A stretch of 64,000 nucleotides of DNA from Candidatus Omnitrophota bacterium (GTDB lineage Bacteria > Omnitrophota > Gorgyraeia > Tantalellales > Tantalellaceae). Shown piece by piece: positions 31,101 through 43,100 of the stretch. Numbering within the stretch: the stretch's first letter is position 1; every line of letters begins with the position of its first letter. The stretch is taken from NCBI GenBank assembly GCA_015231405.1, contig JADGBR010000001.1, forward strand, positions 385,762-449,761, written 5' to 3'. The position numbers and the translations under genes were made by a program. A model generated the notes under the pieces. That model saw only the letters and a list, made by a program, of their open reading frames with translations, searched no databases and was not told the DNA's origin.

Positions 31101-34100
31101 TTCTTTCGCTTTATCGGCGGCGATGTCTTTCAGGGGACAGGGAGCGGGTGACTCCGTCAAAAAAACGTGCCGGGGCTATTTCGATACGACGCTCGCCGGA
31201 AAAGAGGCGCTCGAAAAAGACGACCTTCTCGAGGATATAGACGAACTGGTCCGGGTGGAAGCCGCTACGTTCCACGCTTTTAACTCGGACAGGATAGTCC
31301 TTTACGAAGGTCCGCCGGGCGGCGGTAAGACCGACATGGCCATAGACGTAGCGAGGCGTCTCGGCCTCAAGGATTACCTCTTCTCCTGTCACAATAGGGT
31401 ACACACTTCGGAGCTTCTCGGCACTTTCTCCCAGCGTTCTAACGGCGATTTTTATTATACAGGAGTACCCGACTCCGACGGCCATTATCCCGAAGCCGAT
31501 TTTCTCGAGGCGATGACCCATGGCGGCGTTTATATCTTTGACGAAGGCGCGATAGGGAAAAGGGCCCAGGAACTTTTAAGCGTCCTTTCGGTGCTGGCCC
31601 GCGGCGAAAAACTCTTCATGCTGAACGAGATACCTGGATATCCCCCGAAAGAGATCAATGTCCATAAGGATTTCCACATTATCATAACCATGAACCCTCC
31701 GGAGGAGACTGTAGGCCGCGAACCGCTCCCGTTAGAGGTTTACGACCAGGCCCGCAAGATCTGGATAAATAACGGCCTTACGCAAGACTCATACAGGCGG
31801 ATCATAAGGAAGTTCCTCGACCTCTCAGCCAGGGAATTCGGCATCACTCTCTCGTCCCTTTTCGGTTCGGATGAGCCAGGCGCTTCCGACGCTTTCGCGG
31901 ACGCGCTTACGGGGATACATAAGACGATAAATTCGCTTGTGGGTAAAAAGATAAGCCTGTCGGAGAACGTCAACCTCCACCTGGTCACCCTCCGGGACAT
32001 GAAGGCGATGGTGAAGGATATGGTGAGATACTCCGCAAAAGGGGCGAACAGAACTGAGGCTTTCAGGATAGCCGTGAGGAACGCGTATATCGACCAGTTC
32101 AACAGGCTCCGCGATAGGCCCGGCATAGCCGACGAGTTGGGCAAACTTTTTAGAGTGGATGCCATGACGGGTACCAGGGACGTCCTCGCGGCAAACGGGA
32201 TAAATATCGACGTTTTCCTGGCCGGTCTCATAGAACGCGAACTTGATAAACGATATCTTGATATAAATGAGTTGGGCGGCGATGAGAGTCCGGGGGCTAT
32301 CCTTAATGAGGCACCGCTTGTTGGCCCTATACCCGCTTTGGACCATCCTTTCGGCATAGACGGTAGTGATATCGCCGAGACTTATGAGGAGCCGGAACAA
32401 CTCCGTGCTCCCCAATGTTTCAGTTCCAATGAGTTCATGAAAACCCGTGTGGACTATACCGTCAAGGAAATGATAGTCTCGCCATTATCAGGTCCCGCAG
32501 GAAAAACGATACTTGGACTTGTGTGCGGATTATGGAACTATACGCTGGGCAGGTTGTTCGGAAGAATAATCCCTCTGGGGAGATCAAAATTCTCTTCCGG
32601 AAATTTTAGAGTCTCTACGGTTAAAAAGGTCAGGGGTGGCGCGGATGTTCAATACAATAGGCCAGAAAGCGGTGAATGGCAGCCATTAATGGCTAAAACT
32701 GACAGATCGTTAGATCAGTATTTGGGTAGGATCAGGGCGAGCGCCAATCCTTTCGTCCGTTACGAACTTCCCGGGAATAACCGTGGGGAGAGATGCGTCA
32801 CTTCTTTGAAAATAGGCGGCAGGGAGCATCTGGCCTTTATAGACGAGAATGAGCATAAGACCGTCAATATCGCGGACATGTCCCGGCCGGGGTTGACGAG
32901 TTCTATAGTATCTCTTTCGGCGGGTAGAAGCGACATCAGTTACATAAAAGCGATATATATAGGGAAGAAACAGTACCTCGCCGTGTGCCATGTCGGCGGG
33001 GAAATGGCACTTTGGGACCTATCCCGGAAAGGGAAGGAAAAGGTCATTTACTTAAATTTCGGGTGGGATGTGCAGGATATTGCCGGGATCGATCTTCATG
33101 GGCAAAACTGTATAGCCATTCTTCACGCGTATAAGCTTACGGGAAGGGTTCTCTCCGACGGATGTATAAGGGTCATAGATCTCGGGACGGGAGAGATCCG
33201 TTCAGTGGACCTTCCGAAAGGGTATTTCAGGGAAGGGAAGATCTTTTCCGAGAATGACTCCGGCAAAAACAAGCTTTTTGTCAACGGACGGACTAACGAG
33301 GTCTACATGTATGACCTTGATACAAAAAAACTCTCTATGGGGTTGACCGATAGAAAAACAATCGCGCCGGGCGACGTCTCAGTATTTGGTATGGGAAAGA
33401 CCTTTTCAGTTATGCCCGCCGAAATACCGGATACGAATGGGCGGGAGGGCGTGGCATTATTGGATTGGGATAGTTCGGTGCAATGGGTATATCCGCTGGA
33501 GCTTCCGCATAATAAGGTAAAGGTAATGGCAGAGGTACGTTCCGGAGAAAAGACATATCTTGTCATAGCAGCCGGTAAGGGGATAGTGTTATGGGACGTG
33601 ATGGGGAAAAGCTATAAGAGCGTTGAATATCCTTTTGACGGGCATATACAGCGCATAACAGCGCTCGGTGATACCGGATTATTCGCGGTCACGGATAATC
33701 ATGGAACGGTCCGTATCTGGGATATAGACATAGAACGGCATATAGCCGAAACGCGGGTAAAAGCGGAAGCCCTCGAGCGCGGTGAGATACCCGCCGGAAA
33801 TGACCTCCCGTACGGTTTAAAGAAAAGGGACCTTTACGGCCCGGAAAAATTTCTTGGCATTAAAGAGGAGGTAGAGACCGGGATCGCCCCTCGCGCTGAA
33901 AGCGGCGCGTCGTGTGTGTATAGTGGGATCCAGCTTAAAGCCGGGAAGAGCGAGAAGGTCAGATCTGGCGGCGACATAACCAAGTTCCGGGAAGCGTTAG
34001 TGTCGGATAGAGAAGCGCGTCTTTTTACGAGAGAACTCTCGAAAGAGGAAATTGTCGCGATACCATCCGCAAATATCGTTGATATTGATAAAGATGCGAG

Positions 34101-37100
34101 TTGGGGACCCGGAGTTCTCGATATGGATAATATTTTTGTAGAGTTAGGGGCGACCCGCGGGGAGTCGCTGTTTTTCCGTGTCGAAAAACTGTCGGATCAG
34201 CTCGAACGTAATGACATACATGAAATACGCGAACTTAGGATGGCATTGGACGATAAACAGGAAAAAGTTGCCAGCGGTGTCATAGACGTGGCCGGTTTGA
34301 GCTGCCTCCTGACAACCGATATAAAGGGCGTGATATCGCTCTGGGACTTAAAGAACGACAATGTGGTCAGGTTAAAAGTGTGTGACAACCTGGTCGATAA
34401 ACTCGTGGTGATGAAGAACCGAGAGGGCGACGTGGAACTTGTAGTGCCAGGCGACAATAATCAGCTGCTGTTCCTCAGATTCGCCGGGGGCTCCGGTGGG
34501 ATCATACCAGCCGGAATGAGGCGAGTTAATACTACCGCCGATATAAGCGGCCTCGACGTTATACGTGACGATAAAGAGAGGGACTGTCTCGTTTTTGCCG
34601 GTACTGAGAAACTGATTGCGGAGCCGGGACAGATCAGCTACGGTCTGGACAGATACCCGACGCTCAAGGTTCTCAGCTTTACAGGCGAGACGAGCGGATA
34701 TATTACGGAAATAAAAGCTCATCCTGAAGCGCCTGGGGTACTGAACGTCGTCAAGGACGATATGGGGCTGGGCCGGCTGGTCTCGGGCGAGAAATTCAAC
34801 ATGAAATTATGGGGTTTTGCCTGGAAAGACGGGCGCATTGAGGGGGGAAGTGTCTCTAAATTCCAGGTAGAGGGCCTTGCAATGGAAAACGGAACGTTGA
34901 TAAAAGACGATATTGGAAGATCCCACCTGGTTTTGCCGGTCAAATACGAGAACGGTAGAAGGCTCATCATGCTGGACTTCGATTTTAAGAACGGCGTCCT
35001 GAAAGGAGGGATATCGAGGACCGTTGACCTGAAGCTTAAGGATATCAGCGGCGTCACGGCCATAAGCGATCTTGACGGAGACGATCGAGTAGTCGTATCA
35101 TGCGATAATTCCGTTATAAAAATGATCGGTTTCGACTGGGATAACGGTGAGATCAAGGGGGCGAATAGTATCACTTTCGAGAACCCTGATTCCGGCGGCG
35201 ACATATACGGCGTTCACACTTTTAGAGCGGAAGATGGCACCGAATACCTGGTCGCGAGGCGTTCCGGAGGCCGCCTGGACTTATGGGACCCCTTCATCGC
35301 CGACAAACTCGCCGAAGCCCGCGATCTTTACGATTCAGGGGAACGGTCACAAGCCGCTGACACCACGCCCCCCCTGTCCGCCGAAGCCTTGGCGAAGGCG
35401 AATGCCCCAAGCCCCATGCCTGCGATCCCCCACGGCTTTACCCGCGAGCAGCTCTTACAGGAACAGGACTGGCACGGCGAGAAAGTCGTGCTTTTGAAAG
35501 GCGATATAGTTAAAGGTATTCCCATGGAAGATATCAGAAAAGGCGATAAATACGGATGGTACGGTGAGAGTTACGAGAAGGACCCGACAGTGACCGGCGA
35601 GGTGATTCACCTGACGAATGGGCCGGCGGACGGATTATCTATAATGACGAAAACAGGCAAGATGGTAAAGGGAAAAGAGAGAAAATTCAAAAAGCTTGGA
35701 ACGCCTGAAAAAGGGAACACACTGGGCTGGTCCATGACCCGGAAAATACATGAAGGGGAACTTGGGACCGGTAAATTCGAAAGGAAGGACGAGGAGTTCT
35801 TCAGGCTGATGAACCGTGATGATCAAGGGGATGAAACCCGCCGGCACATTGATGCCGGCAACGCCTATATTATGACCGGGGAAATAATGGATGAGATCGA
35901 CCATGGGGACCCGCGGAAGGTATCCGATATGGCGGAAAAGATAAAACATGACAGCGAGGTGAACGAGATCAAGGTCTTTAAATGCAGAGGCCGTGAGATC
36001 ATCGTGACGACCTGTTTGACTAATTTTATACGGATATGGGATATTGAAAAGAATAAGGTTACCACGATACTCGGGCATAACAACGTGATATTTGGTCTTG
36101 AGCTATTGGAACGGAGTGACAAAGTATATCTCGTTACAGGTTCCTCGGATAACATGATAAAGTTCTGGGCTCTTAACGCGGTTGGCGAAGTCGATCGGGA
36201 TCATGTTACCACACTTCACGGTCATAGTGATTCAATAAACGATATTCGCGTGATCGAACGGGAAGACGGGGTATATCTGGTGAGCGCGAGCGAGGATAAG
36301 ACCGTGAAATTCTGGAAGTTAAAAGGTGCCGGCGGCATCGAATTTTCTGAAGTCACGGCGCTCAAAGGGCATAGCGGTCAAGTGACAAAACTTGAATTCT
36401 TTGCCCGCGACAAGAAGCTGTATATGGCAAGCGGGGACAGAGTCGGCGCGGTCAAGATCTGGGCTTTCAGGGGGAAGAGCGGCGCGGATATGGAGAGCGT
36501 GACGACGCTGCCTGAAATGAAAATGGACGTGAGCGATCTCAGGATATTGGAATGCGCGGGTAAAATGTATCTGGCTGCCGGAGAAGGTAATGGAAATATA
36601 AAATTATGGGGTTTTGCCGGGGATGCGGGCGTCAATATCAGCGGCGTTACTACAGTAAGGGTATGCAACAATGGTTTTGGCGTCATGAGCTCCGGCGGCA
36701 GGACCTGGCTTGTCACCGGCGGCTCCGACGCCGTAGTGAAACTCTTGGAGATCAGCGGAAAGGAAGGCGAGGATGTGGTCAAGGGCATGACCGTGCTTAA
36801 GGGACATGGCAGTTACGTGACAGGCGTATATGTATTCGAACGCGAAGGTAAACAGTATCTGGCGACCGGCAGCGAGGATAAAACCTTCATTGTCTGGGAC
36901 CCCTTCCGCGAAGAAAAATTCCACGAAGCCCGGGCCGTTGTCGAAGCGTGGGAACGCTCGCATGCCTCGGACCCCATGCTCCAAGCTCCAAGCTCCATTC
37001 CCGAAGCCCCAAGCCCCATGCCCGACATCCCCCACGGCTTCACCCGGGAACAGCTTCTTTTGGAACAGGAATGGCATAGCGAGGAGGCCGTTCTTGTGAA

Positions 37101-40100
37101 TGGAGATGTGTCTTTCGACGAGGTGAAGGACGGAAAACACGGCTGGTTTAGGGAAGGGCGCGAGAACTTTCCGTCCGAATGGCAAGAGGTCGAACCTATT
37201 ATGCCGGACAGGGAAAGAGGAGAGAGCCTGGATGAAGCCGAGAATAGATTTTATGATGTACAGGCTCCAAGGGGGAACACGCTCGGCTGGTCCTTTAAAA
37301 GGGGGATAAAGGGGGGTGAGAGCGTTACAGGAACCGTTCAAATGAAAGCTAAAGGATACTTTGATTCAACGAACTGGGCCAGCCCCGCTCTCGACGTTGG
37401 CGAGTACTTGGCAAGTGGCAACGCTTACGCGATGAGGGAAGGGATGGAACCGTATTTTGACAGATACGATTCGCATAAAATGTCCGATATGGTGGAAAAG
37501 ATAACGTTAGGTCTGGCAAATACGGATCTGGTTCATATTTCGTTCGATTGGAATGGACGGCAATATATCGTTTCCGGCGGGGATGCGGGCATAAAGATAT
37601 GGGACATCTCGAGGGGAAAGGTAATGACGCTCAAAGGGCATGCGGGCAAAGTCACGAGTTTGCAGCTCATCGAGCGAAAAGGTAAAAAATACATCGCGAG
37701 CGGCGGCGATGACAATGATCGGACCATCAAACTCTGGGGGTTGGAGGATGGAGAAGAGTTGGGCATAGGTTTTGTGACAACGATCAGAGGGCATTCGGCC
37801 GGGATAATTAGTTTACGGGTGATAGGCGATAAATATCTTGTAAGTGGAAGTAATGATCTAACGGTAAAGCTCTGGGAGTTCGAGGGTGATGATGAGTTGG
37901 GCATAAACACTGTGACAACGCTGAAAGGTCATAGTGATTGGGTTAGAAGCCTGGAAGTGATCGGGACCCCCAAGGGGATATTATTCGCGAGCGGGGACAT
38001 GAACGGTAAGATAAAACTTTGGTCATTGACCGAGAGCGGGGAAGTGATCGCAGGGAACGTATTAACTATCAAAGCCCATGGCGGTTGTGTCCAGGCATTG
38101 AAGCTCATGAGATATGGTGAAAAGACGTATCTGGTCAGCGGAAGTTGGGACAAAAGCGTGAAGATCTGGGAACTGGGAGAGAAAGACAATGTGGATATAG
38201 CGGGAGTTACTGTCCTTAAAGGATTTAAGAATAATGTGCTGAGCCTCGAAGCCATTAGGCGCGGTGATAGGACATATCTGGCGACCGGAGGGGAGGAGGA
38301 CGGAATGGTAAAACTCTGGTCTCTATCAGGCGAAGCGGAGCTCAGTGTGGATGGAGTGACTATTCTTAAGGCGCATACCAAATGGGTCTCGAGTATACAG
38401 GTCATAGTACGTGACGGTAAGGAGTATCTTACCACCGGAAGCGGGGACGATACGCTTATTACCTGGGATCCTTTCCGCAAACAAAAATTCCACGAAGCCC
38501 TGGCCTACCTCGATGCTTGGGAAAGAAAGGTCGAAGGTCCCTCCTTCGTTAAGGCTTCGGAGGGCGGGCGAGGGTCGTCGGTCGAAGGGCCAATGCCCAA
38601 TGCTCCAAGCCCCCTGCCTGACCGGCAGGTAGGCATGCCCGAAGCCGGCCTTGGCGGCGGCGCCGACGACTCCAACGGCCCAGCTTTCAATGCCGTCGAC
38701 CCCGGGATGGACCTTCCCGAGGACAGGGACATAACAGAGGCCAGGTATAAGCTCAGGTCGCGGGGAAGAGCCATGCTCATATGCGAACCTGGTACGCGTG
38801 AACGCGTTATAGTCGACGAAGTGGCGCGGCTCGAAAAATTCAAATATGTTTATAAGCTAGAAGGGCGGCCGTCGCTCGCGCCGGAAGACCTTATAGGCTC
38901 GAAATACCCGGTCCTTGAGGAGGAGAAACGGGAAACGAACGAAGAATTCGTTTTCAAAAAGGGCTTCCTTACCCGGCATATGTTAACGGAGGAAGAACAC
39001 GCTAAATACCTGGAAGAAAAGTCCGCAGGGAAGGATTTCCCGAAAAAACTGCTAGTTATTTACAATATAGACGCTATCGGCGAGAAAGCCAGGGCGTCCC
39101 TCAACAATCTCTTATTGAACGGTTATCTGAACATTCCTTCGGTGGGCAAGCTCTGGTTGCCCGACAATGTCGAGATAATAGCGACGATGAGGGTCGGTTC
39201 ACAGCAGGAATTCTCGAGCGCCTTTCCGAACAGGATGACCAAAGGGAATATGTCCCCGATGGAAGCCAAGGGCTGGGGGGCTTCGGATTTCGCGAAATAT
39301 TGCCGGAATGTGTATGGGTTCGATAAATACGTTCTCGGGAAGGATGATAAAGGCAGACCTTACGATATAGCCGACGAAATTGAGCTTCTTTATGACAATA
39401 TCAGGAGCCAGGAGGTTACGGATCGCGTCTGGCCGTCGAGGATGACTTACGGTTTCACCGTCAAGGACGCTTTAACCCACGCCGAGTTCACTGCGCTCGC
39501 GATAGCGGAAAGAAAAAAGATGGGGCTTGGTGAGCCGGGGAAGGACGAGTTAATGAATATCCTGGTCGACGAGGCTATGAGGGTTTACGGGTTCAAGGTG
39601 CGGCAGTTCCCATCGGATTACGATTCGTTCGTCGATTCCATACTTAAGATGCAGTTTAGCCATAAATACGTGGAAAGGGCCGTTATCCGGGACGACGTGA
39701 AGATATCCGCCGGTAAGCTCAGGGAACTCTCTGGGATACCCATCTCGCCGGGTCACGGCGCTCTAGGAATGACGCTCATTGAGCGTAATTACCGGCTGAC
39801 GCTCGTCGGCAGCATGGTGGGAACTATGTCGGCGATGATAAGGGGACTTGCCGCCGGTAAAGTGGTATCGTTCACCGGGGATACCGGGGCCGCGAAGACG
39901 ACCATGGCGGTCGCGCTCGCGCGTATGACGGGCGTAAAGGATTATGTCTTCAGTATGCATAAGGACGTGAAGGAATACGATCTCACCGGAGCCGTCAGGA
40001 TGACCGATAAGGGCCGTTTTACTTTCGAGATAATGGAGTTCGCTAAACAGCTCGAAGAGGGTAACACCATGCTCATAGTCGATGAGGCCAATATCAAACC

Positions 40101-43100
40101 CGAGATACTCTGGCTCCTTTCCGGCATAGCCCGCGGCGAAAAACAGTTCACTATAGAAAGGCCCGGGGATAAGCCCCATACCTTTAATATAGGAGAGAAC
40201 GTGTACGTAGTATTCACCATGAACCCCGAAGCCTACGGAGGCGGGCGCGGGGCGATACCGATACCGCTCAAGGAGGATATATTTAATATTTGGGTGCCGG
40301 ACTATTACGAGTATCCGGAGATGGCGCGTATAGTCACGGAATTTTTCGGCGGCATGCCGGAGCTCGCCAATATTACTGAGATGACCCCGGCCGAAACCTC
40401 CAAGGCCTCGACCCTTGAATTGGACAACAGGTTTTTCGAGATAAAACGCCTCTTTAGCCATCTTTACGCCAGGATGGAAGTCGAGGACGTAGTCAACGCC
40501 ATATATGATAAAGGGTATGAATTTACAATAGGCACGTTATACGGCCTGACTAAGGATAATGACCCGGCAAAGGCCAGGGAGAAATACTATGAGCTGAAAC
40601 GGGTAGAGGAAGAAATAATGTACGATCCGAAGGTGCGGGGAAAGATGTTACGTATTAGGACAAAGGTCGCGCTAATGGAGAAATATCTCAGGGACAAAGG
40701 CATGACCGTCAGCGTGAATTTCAGTCTATTTACGTGGTGGAGTCAGGGTGTGCGTGAAAAGAACGGCAAAAAAGAAATAATAGTGAATGTCCCGCTATAT
40801 GAGCTTGTCGACAAGAAAGACCATCCAAATATCAGGAAAGAAGGCAAGTCCGACAAGGTCATCGCCGGGCTTATCATACACGAACTAAGGCACTATTTGT
40901 ACAGCCCTAAAGACAATCTCGAATGGCGCGATATCGGTGTTGATATCGGGATAAACAGTTTTGCCCCGGAGATAAGAGAGGTGTTTGACACGTTCACGGC
41001 AGATCCGAAGGATAGGACGGTTAAGCGCCGGAGGGATGTCTTTCAGCTTTGGAACGCTCTGGAGGATGTTCGTATAGATCTTATGGAAAGGGATTCGGAG
41101 CATTTCCGGAGGCTTAAGGGCGCGCAGGAGAACGTCGACGAGATGATAAAGGATATGTTCAAGGATGAGACGAATGACCCGGGAGAGTTCGAGAAGAGAA
41201 AGAAAAAGGCCGTACGCGCCGCCTGGCTCCATCCTCATGCAATGCTGAGGGACGTATTATTCCGCTACGGTTATACGGGGGAATTCGGACCATATTTCGG
41301 GTTTTTTGACGAAGAACTGAAAAAGGCCGTACAGGAATTGACCGGTGCTATGATAGAGGCGACTCAGTCGTCCAAAGCGCGAATGAACATGAGCGATGTC
41401 AGCTCAGCTGGGGATTTTCTTAAAGAAAGGCGGCGCGCGTCAGGGGAAAGCGTTAAAGTGATACTCGAAAAGATATTGCCGAAATATCTTGAGCTCGCCG
41501 AAGAGTCGAAGAAAAGGGTTGATGAGGAAAAAAAGAAAAAACAGGGAGGCCCGAAAGGAACGGAAGTTGAAGAAGGAGACGGGAGTGAAGGCGGAGGGGA
41601 TCCCGGCGAGGGAGGAGAATCCGGGGAAGGAGGAGCGGAAGGTCTAGGTTCGGGTGGAAAACAGGAATTCTTGTTCATGCCGCCTGAACTCATGGAAGAG
41701 ATGTACGGAAGCGGCGATGAAAATAGCGGGGACGAGGGCCAATCCGGAGGGAAAGGAAATACCGGGCCCATGATAATAAGCCCGGGAGCGAAGAACGGTG
41801 TGAGAAAACCAGGTGACGGCCTCCCTGAGGATATGACCCCCCACGGAGGATCCGCCGGTACCCCGGGGGACGATGGCGGCAAACAAAACGCCGGAGGAAA
41901 AGACGACTCTCCGGACGACACGGAGGGCGATGACAATGACGGCCCCGATACCGAGGGCATGTCAAAAGCTAACCGCAGCCGAGCGATCAAGGAAGCTTCT
42001 TCCAAGATCAACAAAGAGCGGCTCAAGGGTGAGCCTATCAATCAAAGGCTCTCCGAGGTCGGAGGCCAGGCTAAACAGCTCGCGGAAGGTCTGATCAATA
42101 TATTCAATGTGCCGGAAGAAACCGAGGTGGAAGAGTCCGCTTACGGCAGGATCATTAACATGATAAGGATCATCATGAAGAGCATGACCCCTTTCGACGA
42201 GGAAGTCGATACGGGTAACCGCCCGGATCTCGCGCTTGGAATGACGGCCGATCTTTCCGGAAGCATGAAGGATTTCTTCCCGGCGATAAAGAAACTGAGC
42301 GCCATTTTTATCAGCTCGTTCCAGCGGATAGGTAAAAAAGCCGATTTCTCGGTGACTTTGGACGGGCCCGACGAGAACGGCGTCGACCATCCCCACAATG
42401 TCATAGATTTCGGAGAGAAACACGCACAGGACGAGCTCAACGGCGTACAGAACAGGGTGGAAAAGACCATGGCGAGGGAAGGCGGCGGAGGGATACACGC
42501 TTACAGCTGTCTTGAAGCGATAGTAGAAAAACACAAACGGTCAAAACAGAAAAATAAACTTGAGGTCATATTCACGGACGCTATGGACACCGAAGGAATG
42601 GAGTCCGAGAGGGAAGAAAAATTCCGGGAAGCCGAAAAACTGGGTGTTTCCATTTTGGTCGTGGGTTTCAGGAACCAGCAGAACAAAATGCAGGAAGTGT
42701 TCGGCAAGCACGCTTCGTATATCCTGGTCGACAGGGATAAACCCGAAGCGATAATAGGGGTCGTCCTTAACGCCGCCAAGATAAAGGCCAGGACCGGCAA
42801 GATACCTAAGGGGAATATCGGCCCGATGTTCGACCAGAAAGAGGGCGGAATGCTTGTTCGTAATGCTATGGACCTTATAACGAACGACGACCTCAGCGTA
42901 AGGATGAAAACGGAGAGCGAGATAAACGCCATGCGGTCGCTCGCCGATGTTCGGAGAACGGCGCTATACGAGGCGCGGATGACCGTCAGACAATTCAGCG
43001 TCCGCGACAGGCTTGAAAAGCTTATTGCCCGGTCCCGTGACGCTATAAGCGACCTCTGGAGGAATAACGGCAAGGATATAGTCGTTATGCCCGACCTTCT

